Assembly: GCF_009914755.1 (NCBI RefSeq)
Contig: NC_060929.1
DNA: 64,000 nt
Strand: one strand, 5' to 3'
Source: the human T2T-CHM13v2.0 reference genome, Homo sapiens
Shown: piece by piece, positions 1 through 13,545 of the stretch
Numbering within the stretch: the stretch's first letter is position 1
Layout of the letters: every line of letters starts with the position of its first letter
Program-made: the position numbers and the translations under genes
Notes under the pieces: generated by a model
Database searches by the model: none
Told to the model about the DNA's origin: nothing
Seen by the model: only the letters and a program-made list of their open reading frames with translations

Positions 1-1243
1 AACATTTTCATTTTCAACACAAAGAGATTCAGGATGGCCAGGTGAATTGTCTATTATTAATAAGATTTTAAATGTCAGCCTTTCCTCTTCCAAGTATTTG
101 TTCACTCCTGGGATGAAGCTGAGGTAGAACCATCTCATAAACTAGATGGCTGTTACCCACGTTTTCTTATTATTTAGCCATAACAGGGGCCATTAATTTT
201 TGTTTTTGAGAACACTTTCTACACTGTGCATGATTTTATCATATGTCCTACGGTGTTTCCACATAGTACCAGAGTTGATCTGTCCTTTCATGTGATTCTC
301 TGGTGCCTCCTTTGCACTTTTATGAATTTAGGTTCTATTGGGCATCTTCCAGAAGAGTGTGGTTTCAGTGCAGTTGGAAACTTGCTTTGGATGGCTTCCT
401 TTCCCCTTACACAGTTTCTTCAACTCTGCTGGAAATGTAGTGCCAGTTTCTTCATTGGCAGATATCACCTTTCCAGTAAATTTTATATTTTTCAGTCCAA
501 ACCTATTCCTAAATTCAAGTATCCTTTACTTACAGTAAATGCCCTGCTTCACTCATTTCAAGGGAATCTGTTGCTTAAGTCTTATAGGCTCAATGCTTTC
601 TAGTGCAACACATGTAGTCAAACATCACGTTTCTGTTCATGTCTTCCACCTACAAATTTAATGCCTTTTTCATCTTATTTAAACACTTATCATGCACTGT
701 GGCCATAACATTTGGAGCTTGAGGTGTGACAGCAAAACTAGCATGATTTTTTCCCTTTCTTTGCAATGTTATGAATGAGACTCCCTCTTACCATAGATTT
801 TAGCAACCTCAGCATATGATATTTTTCTTTCCTTATTGAGAATTTTCAGCTTTTAAAAGATATTTTATGACTTCTCTTTGACGTATCTGAATTGCCAGTA
901 TCACTACTCTTGGGCTTTGAGCCTTTTTAAGTAAATTAAGGATCACCTGAAGCCAACCACTCAGATACCACCACAATTGATCTGGTAACACACAGAACTG
1001 CTAAGTGACTAACAGGTGGGGTGGTTTCTACAGCGTGGAGATGCTGAACAGAGGGGGCATTCACATCCAGATCAGGACACAGTGGGATGGCCTGAGATTT
1101 CATCATGCTACTTAGAATCATGCACAAGTTAAAACTTGTGAATTGCTTGTTTCTGGAATTTTTCATTTAAGATATTCAGACTACAGTTGACTGCAGGTTA
1201 CTGAAATCTCAGAAAGCAAAACCAGGGCTAAAGGGGACTACTG
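1..1243 (-). mobile_element. Tigger7/MER44 (TcMar-Tigger) DNA transposon, 5' part with decayed transposase
   Basis: Reverse complement of 1184-1243 gives the CAGTAGTCCCC...TTTCAGTAACC..GTCAACTG terminus; 600-930 matches the transposase N-terminus (KCL.KM.KALNL.VEDMNR); ATG lost, with stops. Confidence 0.8.
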
Positions 1244-1827
1244 CATGCCTCCTGCCTTGTTAATATACAGCTCCCCTCATAGAGTTTAATTCTCCACAGT
1301 ATTAATTACTTACACCAGGAGAATATAACACCTTCATGGGCAGGTGCCTGAATTCTTTTCCTATTACCATATAGAATAATATTTACATTGTGCTTTGAAA
1401 AATACAGTTGTCTAGCAAAAACAGTGTTATTACTTCAACAACAATTCAAAAATATAAATTTAATGAAAGAGAGAATGAGAAGTTCCACTCATAATATTTG
1501 GCAACATCTGAGGTTTAGGATTGAAGCCTTCAATAAGGAGAGGGTGATGATGAGTTATCCATTTTTAATTATTTTTGTGCATTTTTTTCTGAGGTATAAA
1601 CTTTCAACCACTGTGACTAGAAAAGAGCAAGCTGTAAATGTGTGAATTATTTTCTGCCTCAGCACATTTCATTCCTCATAATATTTTAAAAATCTAAAAT
1701 TTAACTTACATCAAGAAAAAAATTCAATAAAATTACACATACACAAAATAACTGGTTAATTTTCACATTTCTCTCTCACCTGTGCAGATAAGTTTTCATT
1801 CTAACCTGAATGTTTTTGTTCTCTAAT

Positions 1828-2027
1828 ACCTGAAGCCAACCACTGATATACCACCACAGTTGATCTGATAACCCACAGGGCTACTAAGTGATTAACAGGT
1901 GAGTGGTTTCTACAGCATAGAGATGCTGAACAAAGGGAGGATTCACTTCCAGAGCAGGACAGAGCGGGACAGCATGAGATTTCATCATGCTACTTAGAAT
2001 CACTCACAAATTAAAACTTGTGAATTG
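1828..2027 (-). mobile_element. Second, 200-bp Tigger7/MER44 segment (copy of 945-1145)
   Basis: Co-linear with 945-1145 from ACCTGAAGCCAACCACT to AAAACTTGTGAATTG. Confidence 0.85.
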
Positions 2028-3926
2028 TTTATGTCATTTCTTTCTTAAGTAGAGACATTTTCACTTCACAATTCACCTAATTTCAAGAATTCCACATCAT
2101 TTAAAGAGTTTCCCCTACATATATTCACTCTTATCCTTGCCCTTTCCTTGTCTATATGAATTTGAGAATAAGATTTCACACTTGTATTTCTCTCCCAGTT
2201 ATCCCAGGAATGACCCCCTTCCCTTCCCTCCTCACCACTCCTTAACCAGCTAGAGCAAGAAGTATCCATTTCCTCCAGGTAGGCTTATTAATTATGGCAG
2301 AACACAGAAAAAAGTAAGTACTTAGTTTATGAGCTTCAGGAGCTTAAGCTGCAAAGTCAGTCAGAGCCAATGTTTTCTGTCTCAGCAGATAATATTCAAG
2401 TTTGCCAGACTGTATGAGGGTGGATACAATAGGGTTAGATGTTGGCATGATTCCCAGAGAGAGAGGGTTCTGTTCCCTGGCTGAAATCTCAGGCCAAATG
2501 CCAGGGAAAAGAAGAATAGAAACCCTAGTTAGAGGATGGAGATTTTGAACAGAAGTTCAAGTAAATACTTGGGCAACAGCAAGATCCCAAGGGCCCCTGC
2601 ATCCAACATGGTATATACAGTGTGGGCAGGAGTTGCCTGTGGCAGGTCTGAGCAAAAAGGGTCTGAGAAAGCCTGGGAGAATTATTTTTGTGCCAGTATG
2701 GCTTGGGAGTACAGCCATGGAGTATTTTTCCAAGCTCTCTAGAGAGGCATTGCAGTAATGAAACAATCGGAACAAAAAGCTTTAAGGTTGGGGAGGAGAA
2801 AGACACAGCTGCAAGTGATATAGGCTAATACCTGCTAATGATATGGGATAATATGATGATGTATATTTCAGCAGATGCCAGCATGAAGTGATCATGGTAA
2901 ACAGGACTGATTTCATCTCCTATGCACCTTTGTGACCTGATACACTCACCAGTGACTGCTTAGGTTTTCTCATCTTCTCCCATGTTTACTTTGCTGCAGG
3001 ACAGGAATTAATTACTTCTTTGTTATAAAACTTTTAACTCAAATAGTGTCTGCCTACTTATTTGTCAATTCAGAATTTTAAGAATATGTGTATATCTGAA
3101 ATATAATAATGAAAAGGGGATTTGAACCTGATTTGTGGAAAAGATTGAGTCAATTTGGAGTATCATGTGCATATGGATTGGTTTAAAAATTAATTTTTAA
3201 AACACCTCACTTACTAAATAATACAACACTCTTATTACAGTTTAAAATTGCAGTATACTAAAAGTTTGTTTAAAAATAACAGAATATAAATTCTATAAGT
3301 GATTATAGTTCAGAGTAAGAGATGTTTGGAAAGAACATAAAAAATTGAAAGAAAAAATAAACTATTTTCAAATGTGCTGATGGTGATGTTTGAATATTTG
3401 AAAAGCAGATGGGTCATAGTCTTAAATATGCATCACCTAGATGATAATAAACAAACTACCATAATGTATTTTTTGCTAATGCATTTGTATAAGCAGATAT
3501 AATAATTCAGAGAAATTATTGTACACTGATTTTGTTGACTTTAAAAGTTAGTTCTTTTCCTGTAATTGTAATGTGATTAATCCCTCAGGTTATATAAACC
3601 TAAAATTCTTTTTAAAATGACACAGCAACAGTACAAAACGGAGTGTATTTCTATTACCTAGCATAGTGCCTGGCACATAGATATTTTTAAAACAATGGTT
3701 TTTGAAATAATCGATGTTATTTCCTTTTCTAAATATTATGTTACTAATGTTAATGCAATTTAAAATTGCATTATCTTAAAAACTCATAGGGAGAATGGGG
3801 TCAAAAAAACCCACAACACTTTACTTTTGACAATATTTCTGTGAAATCATGTTTTTCTCATTGCATTTTCATAATTTTTTTACACTTAAGTACAAAAACT
3901 TTTGATTAATTATATCATGTACTTTT

Positions 3927-4074
3927 TTCTTCTTCTTTTTTTTTTTTTTTTTAGTGAAGGAGGCTCCCTGTGTTGCCCAGACTGGACTCAAGTCTCAAGT
4001 GCTTGGGCTCACGTGATCCTCTAGCCTCAGCCTCCCAACTAGATGGGACTACAGGTAGCATCATCATGCCTGGC
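3927..4074 (-). mobile_element. Alu monomer (FLAM-like)
   Basis: Poly-T, then tgttgcccagactgg...gatcctctagcctcagcctccc...gggactacagg; TSD CATGTACTTTT at 3916-3926 and 4077-4087. Confidence 0.85.
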
Positions 4075-4438
4075 TACATGTACTTTTAAATCAAGATGCC
4101 CGCTAATTTTTCTTCTTCTTTTTTTTAATCTCTTGTCAGTTAGTCTCAAAATATAGGATAATTTGACCAGGTTGTCATAGTGTACAGATTTTACATTAGA
4201 GGGTTAAAAGAGACAATAAAGAACATCAATATCTTATGGGTATAAGTATCTAATTTACAAAGTTTTTCATAGTACATGGAGTGGCTATTCAAACCACTAT
4301 GTCCTACCAAGCATGAGAGGTAAGTTAAAAATGCTTAACTGACATTTACAGTTACTGTTAATTTTATTTGACTTACATAGAAAGTAATGATAATTAACCA
4401 AAAACCAGTATGTGTTAGAGATATTATAATATGGTTAC

Positions 4439-4925
4439 TGTGGTAGATAGAATAACGTGTCCCCAGCATCCAAAAGATGTCTACGTCTTAATTCCCAGAA
4501 CTTGTGAATATGTTACCTTAAATGCAAAAGGAATTTTGCAAGTATGATTAAATTAAAAATATTGAGATGGGAAGATTAGCCTGGATTAGGCAGATGGGCC
4601 CAGTGTAATCATCGGGGATCTAGTAAGGGAAAGAAGGAGGCAGGGTGGTCAGAGATATGAAGATAAAAGCAGAGAGATTAGAAGATGCTAGGCTGTTGGC
4701 CATGAAGATGGAGGCAGGTGCCCTGTGTCAAACAATGCAAGTGGCCCTTAGAAGCTAGAAAAGGCAAGGAACAGCTTCTCCTGCTAGAGCCTGCAGAAGG
4801 AATGCAGTTCTGCAGACACTCTGATCTTAGGACTTCTGACATTCAGAGCTCTAAGACAATAAGTTTGTGCTGCTTTTAAGCCACTTAATTTGTGGGAATT
4901 CACCACAACAGTTAAAACTAATATA
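4439..4925 (+). mobile_element. MaLR solo LTR (MLT1D-like)
   Basis: tgtggtagatagaataa start; gaatatgttacctta, gagatgggaagattagcctggatta, agaagctagaaaaggcaagga, ttttaagccact, aaactaatata end. Confidence 0.8.
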
Positions 4926-5870
4926 GATGCTAAATTCTGTGACAGATTAGTAGGGGCCTACCCCATGTTTCTTAAATCCTCTTGGAAGTGGCACTTCATA
5001 TCATAGGATTGTGAGACGGCTCACTCATTAGGAAGCAAGCAATATGAAGAACCTACAGCATGAGGTTCTTAATTTGGAAAATAGATCCCTCAGGAGATCT
5101 CTGCTTCCCTAACAAATTGTGTGCATTTACCTGGGGAAAGTATCTGTAGCTTCCCACAACTTCCCAAAATAAGTCCAGGGCTTAAAAAACCATTAAGAAC
5201 TGCACAATTATAACAAGGATTCTAATTCTGATTTAATTTCTGATTCAGATTTATCTAATTTTATTAAGTAATTTGTAAAATTGGAGTTTATCATTAAAAT
5301 TGCAATAATAGGAGGAAATATTTCAACAACAAAATAAATAATACATGTAAATATAAGTAATCTGTAAAATTGCAGATTATCAGGAAAATTGCAACCATAT
5401 GAGGAAATGATATTTCAATGACAAATGTAAGTAAATAGAGAGGAGATAACACAACCAGAGGTAAAAAACTGAAGACCTTCAAATTCCAGACTACAGATGA
5501 GGTTTTTTCGGGCTTGCTCAGGTGTCTAAGTGATACACACTTAACTCCCATAGCAACGGGAGATGCTCTTGTTTAGACTATTTGTCTGACTCCTATTGGC
5601 ACTGTGTTAGTAACCAGTGGACTTCTGGATTTGCAGTGAGGCACCTTGGTAGCCATTTAACTTAACAGGTTCTTATTTAATTTCCACAAGATTCCCTGAA
5701 GGTCAGAGAATTTCCTGAGGCACATAACTATTTGGGAGGGCTCTGGGATTTTAATACAAGCCTGAATTTTCTTTGAATCTAGGAAGCAGTGAGGTGGTGG
5801 GGGGAAGGAATCAGTTTCTCAAGTACCATGCAAGGGAAAGAGTATTTTGAGCAGCTACCTAGAGCTAGGA

Positions 5871-6054
5871 AGCACTTCTCGGGTGCGATTCTGCACCAGC
5901 AGCATCAGCATCCCCTAGGAACTTGTTAAAATGCAGTTCTCAGGCTCCACTCCAGACCTACCTATGGAACTAGAAACTCTGGGGACAGGGCTCAGTAATT
6001 TGAATTTTAACAAGCCCTTCTGGTGTTTCTAATTCCAAAGTTTGAGGACCACTG
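5871..6054. mobile_element. MER5A (hAT-Charlie)
   Basis: accagcagcatcagcatc...ggaacttgttaaaatgcag...ttttaacaagccc...aagtttgaggaccactg. Confidence 0.8.
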
Positions 6055-7479
6055 ACCTCTCTATCTGCCAATAGAGCATATTGCATTGATTTCTATGTTC
6101 AGAAAACAATAGTTAAATTAGTGGTTAATTTTCCCAAAGTGGGAGGGAGATGGAAAGGGGAAAGAACGAAGGTAAAGCAAGTTAACGGAAAAAGGAGAGA
6201 TTAACTTGATTTTTCTTTTTTTTTTCTCCTTTAAAAACTATAAATATAATCCTTTCCTGATCATTTGTGGCTGAAAAAAATATATTTCTAGGCCATAGTC
6301 TTCTAACCTAGAGACTATCAGGAGGCTGTGAGAAAGCTTCTAGGGGTTTATGAGCCTCCTAGGCCTCTTACCTGTGATTACATTTTCATCATGGGTCAAT
6401 AGTTCAGCCTTAGCTAATTTACTATGGTCTGAACAGCTAAGATTATAATACCAAGTATGTTCATCAAAGTCAAATTAGATTAAGGCAAAATGCATTGGCT
6501 GGGAGTGATTTAAAGTGAACACCAAAGGACATAGTTACTTTAATTCAAAAATTTCTTAGCTATTCTAACTCAACATATTTACTCAACTTTAGCACTGTCT
6601 TTCTTAGTTTTAAGGTTCATCCAGGTATGCCAAAATCTAGGATCCCCATATGACAAGTGCTAAATGGGACAGGATGCTGTGATAATGTGTAAACCAAGCA
6701 AACAATGATGTGTGATTTTAATCTAAATTCCAAAGACCAGTGTAAATACTAGAGATTACCTGATGCAATGAATTGTAGTTAATACCTCAAAACCCCTTTT
6801 CTCAGCTGTTATTTTGTATCACACTTTTGGGAATGCCCTCCTTTTTTACCTCTGCCATCTCACATATTCACCCTATAATTACCACTAACATTTGCTTTGG
6901 TTGATAGACTGGATGTCCTTGAAGTCTAAGGGCAGTCTTACTGATGAGAATATAGCCTTTCTGGAACTTCAGCAACTCCCTTTCTTCCCATAACATAATT
7001 CAAGCTCAATCATGCATAGATTCTTTCCTTAAAATCTTGTTGAATTTGTTCACAATTTATCTTGAGTATTCATTATGTGGATGACTATTAAAATTATTTT
7101 ATTTCTCTTATTTATAACATTTATATTAAAAATCAGCCTCAACTGATATTTCCAAGTGTGGCTTAATCAATGTATTTGCGTAGTTCAGGGTGTGATAGTG
7201 CCTCATGTACACAGCTAACCTTCTGTACATATTTATGTGTACCTGCATTAAACAACTTTTGCCTATCTTCTGTTGTTAAAATATCCTACAGTTTTATGGC
7301 CAACCACTTCTCATTGCTTTCTATCAAGAGTCCTCTTTCTCACTTGGTATTTTTTCTATCAATTATAAGCTTTTTCCATTATGTTTATCCTAACAGTCCC
7401 CTAGGTCTACCTTCATCTCCAAATTTAGCTCCTTCTGGGGAAAAAAAAATAGCCCTCCCTTGACATTGCATCCTTTTAT

Positions 7480-7900
7480 AGCTACCAAAGTCTTTTATGC
7501 CCTTGTTACTTCCATTTCCTTACTTCCTTTGCATCTTAACTCACTGAAATCTTATATTTTGATGCCATAGTGATGTTAAAATTGCTCTCTAGAAGTTCTT
7601 AATGATAAACACATTGTTAAATCCAATGGCTTTTCAGTATTTTCTGTTTAGATTTGCAGGCTTTATTTGACATTTTGAGCACTTATTTTTCTTGAAACTC
7701 TAATTGACTTCTCGACAATAACTTTCTTCCAGTTCTCTGTTTTATCTCAAAGGCCTTTACCCCTCTTTTTCAATTCATTTCTTAAAGATTGAAAGATCTC
7801 AGGATTTCAGCCTACTGTATTTCTGATAATAGCAAATGTCATCATTATCCATCCACCTAATCATTCAAGTCAGAAACTGTTCCTTTGCTTTTCACATAAG
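7480..7900 (+). mobile_element. Degenerate L2 fragment
   Basis: aaattgctctc...gttaaatccaatggc...cttgaaactct...ttcaagtcagaaac resemble L2 ORF2/3' consensus. Confidence 0.5.
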
Positions 7901-9574
7901 ACCTTAAAATATATCTCTTAATTATCTTCCTTCATTGATTATTGTTTCTCAGCATCATTCACTACCTTGCTAATTCACAGTCATTATTCAATAGTCATCA
8001 GGGACTTTGATTTTTGCCTGAAAATCTTTCCTACTCTGTAGTTTCCAAACAGAACTACATTAAGCAAAGCTTGTGGTATTAAAGTAACTGAGTACCTCTC
8101 GTCTGTGACTGCACATCTTTTATTCACACTAAGAGAAGCAACTAAAATTCTTTGAATTATGTAAAACTAACTCCCTTAAGAACATTTAAGTTCTGGTATA
8201 TGTCTCACAGAGCCTGTTACCATCTGGCTCTGTTTTCATTATCAAGAATAACCAAGCATAACAACTTATGAAACTGAGATGGGGAGGAATAGTCAAATGA
8301 GCCTACAATTCAACATTATTTGCATACTAGCTAAACTGCCAGCTATTTGAGAACAGATCCAAAGAGCAACAATAGATCTTAGGAAAACTGAGAAAAAGTG
8401 GAATTTGTCTTCTGTACATATTCACCTTCACTTCCGCACTTCCTTTCAGCTTCTTGGTGCTCCTTTCAGATTATAAGTAGTTGGAGTCCACTTGCTGCAA
8501 ATTGCTAATATTTTATCTAACATTATTATTATATTTTTGCTTAGGGTTAGCTAAGTTAAAAGAAGCTGATATTAAACATCCTTGTATAAGACATGTGCCC
8601 ATTTTAATATTGATGAAATTGGGTCCTGGGGAATGTACAGAATAAATCCACTAAACTCTTGACTTGTAAATATTAAAAATCAGTGCTCAAAATATGTCAA
8701 TAAAATAAGTGCTCAAAAATGTCAAAATCTGCAAATATTAAATATAATACTAATGATTGAATTCAGAGATTCTCTCACTTTAATGAGATTTTTACACTAT
8801 TATTTTTAAGAAGTTTAAGAATTCGAGAAACCATTTTAATTTGGTTTGAAAGAGGTAAAATGATAGCCTTTATGCCAGGTTAAAAAGAGAGAGAGAGAGA
8901 GGAATTCCCTTAACTGATAGCAGCAAACTAGATAATTAGGACAATCTTCCCATTGAAAGAAAACCTAGAAAACCTGCATAAAATGCTTTAAAAATTTACT
9001 CGACATGATCAGCATCTTAACAAGGTAGTAACGAATTACTGAACGAGAAAGCAGAAATTCAGGAATGGCATCTGGGGCTGCTTTGGCCCAGGCCCCTTTG
9101 ATCACCCCAGAAGTGGTGCCAGGGAAGCTCAGCAGCACTGTTGGAAGAATTTTTGACGTATGAGACAAAAGTTGGACTCCACAGCCCATCAATGGTGGGG
9201 ACCCTTGTAAATCCACAATGCTTTAGATTAGGGCTCAAAAGATTACATTCTAGGAAGAAGGGTAAACTGGAAATGAATCAGCTCTTGCAGAGTCTATAGA
9301 ATAGCTTTAAGTCAGCTGAGAACTTCTAAAAGAAATCCCAGTTCTAGCACTTAGTACACTTACATTTAATGTAACTAGTATGAGTTTATAACTAAATCAG
9401 TAGTGTTTGTGTTAAAGCCTGTAATCTTGGTATTCGCTTTCTATATATCCTGCCTCTTTGTTGTTCTTTTTCTTAATTTTGTGACTTCTTTTACCTTCTA
9501 CCCATTTATCTTCCTCTAACATGAATTTTACCTTGAAATAAGTTTCAGTTGCTTAAATCTATGGACTGAATGAA

Positions 9575-10480
9575 GAAGTCTTTCATTAGTTTTGCCAAAG
9601 TTTTTGCTGTTATCTTTTCAAATATTTTTCTGTCTCATTTTCTTTTTTTCCTTCTGGGACTTCAGTTAAATGGATGCTAGAATTTCTAGAAAAATACAAC
9701 TTACATAAATGGGTACAAAAAGAAATTGTAAACATAAATATTCTTCTATTGAGTAAATTCAATCTATAATTCAAGACTATACAGCTAAAATAATTAGGAT
9801 ATTGTCATAGTGATGTAAAGAGAGCAAAATAGAACAATGATGAGGGTTGGAAACGCAGAAATATATCTGGGCACATACAGATATTTGATTTGTGAAAAAA
9901 GAAGAAGCACTGAAGAATGCTTCTTCAGGAAATGATATTGATTGCAAAATGTTATGCTGGGAAAATTGAATATTCATATGGAAAAATAATAAAAATATGT
10001 TTTAATACCATAAGCCATAAGCAAAAGTTAGTTACAAATTGATTGCAAATCTAAATGTAAAGGTCAATAAGGTTCTTAAATGATATCTTTATGAACTAAG
10101 GATATGAAAAATTTTAAACAGAAACCAAACACTGGCTATTAATATGAAGGAAAAGATTAATATCTCTAATTCAGTTAAAATTAAGATTTTATATTTCTTT
10201 AAAGTTATCATTAAGATGAAAATTCATGCCACAGAATGTTATTAGAAGGCACTTGTCCTGTGTGTATAAATATATACATATAATTATATGTTTAAAAAGA
10301 GACAGAGACAGCTCACTTTTTATTGAAAAACATACATAATCCTAAGTGAATATCTAGAATGACAAAAAGTTATAACCTTATATTAGTAAAATAGCCTTTT
10401 TATTTTTGCATTTCACCCTTTGTGCATGAATGTTTTAATATTATAATCATGATATTCATGCAATTTTGAATTTTTTAACA
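9575..10480. mobile_element. Old L1 (L1M/L1ME) fragments: short ORF1 piece on - (about 9575-9685), then ORF2/3' piece on + (about 9690-10480)
   Basis: ttatcttttcaaatattttttctgtc is antisense ORF1; aatagaacaatg...aaatgttatgctgggaaaattgaatattcatatggaaa is the ORF2 C-terminal region. Confidence 0.6.
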
Positions 10481-11584
10481 GATATATTTTTGTTTCCTAC
10501 TTTCTCTATTTTTAAAGTCTTCACAGATCTAAACAATTAGACATTATTTACCTATAGAAATATTTGAAGCCAATATATATTAATCTTTTAAAGAAAAAGA
10601 AAAAATGATATCTAAAGATAGCTTCACATTTATGAATACAAAAAAGTATGGGACAAGTGAATGACACATGAGAAATTTATTTAATAAAATAGTTTTAAAC
10701 ACTTTATATGTTTTATGGTTTCCATTACAAAAACTGAATAGATTAAAACAAATCAAATATGAGAAAAGCTTTCACATTTTAAACTTTGTGACAACCTTCA
10801 GTGAAATAAAACTTTTTCTGAGTTAAAGCCTTAACATTTAAATTAATTTTGCTCCTATTTTGTTTGGAAAGTGGAAGAGTAAGTCCATAATGATAAAACA
10901 CATAAAATATTTAGAATATATTATAAATTATGAAAAATATTTAATTGCAAGATGAAAATTTGTTGTTAATTTTAAAATTGTAGAACATGAGAATAAAACT
11001 CATACCATTCAAGCTGTAACACAATTCTTACTTAAAATTCATCATGGAATATGTTGGAATCAATCTTAATAAAAATATTTGTCTCAAATATAATGTAAGA
11101 TTATGGCTGGGGGAACTAAGTTCCATTCTATATTCTGCCACTTAACAAATTTTGTAACCTTGGATAACTTCTCTGTGTCTAAATATCCTTTATTGTATAA
11201 AGATGCTTATATGACAAAGGTTACAAGTTTTATTTATATTGCATTTTCTATATCTGTGTACATGTACAGATATATGTAAATATAAATGACAAGGCATTTT
11301 CCTGGCTAAATTAGTTTTTTCAAATTTTATATTAAATGCTTTGCCATTCACATAAACTTTTTCTTGGCAATAATATTCCACATTATTTTCAGTACAAAAG
11401 AGGCTATTTGATTTTAATAATTACTGGTTACTGAAACTAATTACTTGTCAGGACTGTGATGCTTTCAGAGTGCAAGAATATCTGAACAAATTATATTTTT
11501 CTATTTTTTAACTTTCAATAATTGCAATTTAGATAAATACAAATATTAACACAGACAAATCAGCAAATGATATTGTTAACACAC

Positions 11585-11688
11585 ATACTCTGGTTCTGTA
11601 AGTTTCAGGACCCAAAAGTCAGCTTTCTCCCAAACCCTCAGATGATGCCCACATTCCTGGTGAACAGACTACACTTCGATAGCAAGGG
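11585..11688. mobile_element. MER5-type fragment
   Basis: cctcagatgatgcc...cagactacacttcgatagcaagg resembles the MER5B end. Confidence 0.5.
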
Positions 11689-12536
11689 GGAGCTTCCTTT
11701 ACTTGGTTCGATTTAAAAGTTCTCCATGCTTTTCTTTTCAAGGGCTGCTCCCTTTGGTGTGTGGCATTCTGTATTTCTCTTTAGATGGCCCCATCATTTC
11801 TTGATGTTGTTCCTGTTGAAGAACAGTATAATCTACATATTGAAAGATACCCCGTGCTCTCTCATTTAGAATTTATTTTTCAGCTGTTGTGTCACAGTTA
11901 TTGAAAACAGTTGTGATATTAGGTATTTTCCTTTAACCAACATTTTCCATCTTAAAAAAAAAAGTCGCTTTGTTTTTATAGATCTATTTTCTACAGGGAA
12001 ATAGAAAATAGGGAAGGGAAGGCTCTGTTGGGACAAAACAAACTAGATGCCAGAAACACAGATATTAGACTTCAGTCCAAATGAGCTCACGGGCTGCCAA
12101 TTGCACAGGCAGGAAGAAAATGAGGAGAAAATAGATGGGAACTACATTTGCTAAAGGAGTCTTGGAGTATAAATTAGTCAGCCCACAAGGGAATTTAATT
12201 TGCAGATCGAGAAACTGAAAGACAAGTCTAGGCTAAAAAGTAAATTGTGTCATATTCTAGGGCCTATCTACCTTTTCATGCTAAGTAGGGTTTTTAATTT
12301 GTTGCGTTAATTTGACAAAGTACTGAGTGGGGGAGCTCCTTGTGTCTGTCTTTTGCAGGTATCATCCTATGCCTAGTTTAGGATGAATGAAGTACCAGGT
12401 AGCCTCCTGATCCTGCTCATTGGGAAGGCTTACAGAAAAAACTCTGAACTGGCAGTTTGCAGCAGTTTTTAACTTCCTGAACTGGTCTCCTGCTGCTTCC
12501 CACCTTATCATGGTTGTCTTTTTCTGCTATACTAAC

Positions 12537-12540
12537 GTGT

Positions 12541-12590
<50 letters not shown>
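12537..12590. repeat. (TG)n microsatellite, about 27 units with one interruption
   Basis: Read directly. Confidence 0.97.
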
Positions 12591-12592
<2 letters not shown>

Positions 12593-12824
12593 TGGAAGTT
12601 AATTTGTCTTTTTTTGTTGTTGATAAGTCTGCATATCAAAAGTAGCCACATCCAAACTTGAGGCAGAGACTGATGAATTGAACACAGTGGTCCACAATAC
12701 TGAGCTATGACTGTGATTTTGGGGTTGCCTTCTTGGGGTGGGAATAGATATATTCTGTGTATGGAACAGAGTGTGAACCAATTGAACCAATATCTGGTAA
12801 TCAGAATAGTGGCCGCTGGTAGTC

Positions 12825-13545
12825 ACTATGCTGTTTATCAAATATTTCCAGTTCACCTCTTTCCAGGAATATCATGGAAGGCACATCAGTTCTCCCTGAA
12901 GTTTCCGGTGGCCATGAGATTTGCTTTAGACAACCAAATGTGATCAGAAATGATATACAGTTGACCCTGAACAACACAAATTTGAACTGTGCCAGTCAAT
13001 TTATACATGTATTTTCTTTGACTTCTAACACCCCTGAGACAGCAAGATCAACCCTCCCTCTTCCTCCACAGCCTACTCAATGTGAAGACATCGAGGAGGA
13101 AGAGTTTTATAATAATCCACTTCTGCTTAATGAATAGTAAATATATTTTCTCTTCTGTGATTTTCTTAATATTTTCTTTTGTCTGGCTTGATTGTAAGAA
13201 TATAGTAGATCGTACATATGTAGCATACAAAATATGCATTAATTGACTATATTACAGTAAGGATTCTGGTCAACAGTAGTCTATTAGTTTACTTTTGGGA
13301 GAGTCAAAAGTTATACTTGAATTTTTTGACTGCATAAGAGTTGGTGCTCCTAACCTCTGCATTGTTCGAGAGTCAACTGTATACCAATTTGAGGAGGAAG
13401 TTCTGGTATTCATGTAGTGTCTAGCTCCTGAGTAACTACATTGGGCAGAGACCATATGACATAAGAAACAAAACATTTTTGTTGGGTTTAAGCCATTATT
13501 ATTAGGGATTATTTGTTACTGCAATATGACCTAGTACCTCTAGAC
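12825..13545 (+). mobile_element. Old MLT1 (I/J/K-like) LTR split by a Tigger2a insertion
   Basis: ggtggccatgagatttgcttt...aaatgtgatcagaaatga before the insertion; tttaagccatt...atttgttactgcaatatgacctag after it. Confidence 0.6.
12958..13379 (+). mobile_element. Tigger2a non-autonomous DNA transposon, complete
   Basis: TIRs CAGTTGACCCT-GAACAA and TTGTTCGAGAGTCAACTG, TA TSD on both sides, about 420 bp. Confidence 0.88.

Noticed and set aside
226-603. 125-aa ORF on +
   Set aside because: Antisense to the decayed Tigger7 transposase; no independent coding evidence.
2200-2950. GC-richer intergenic patch with three overlapping short ORFs
   Set aside because: No recognisable protein or splice structure. 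Possibly a very old LTR, but I cannot assign it.
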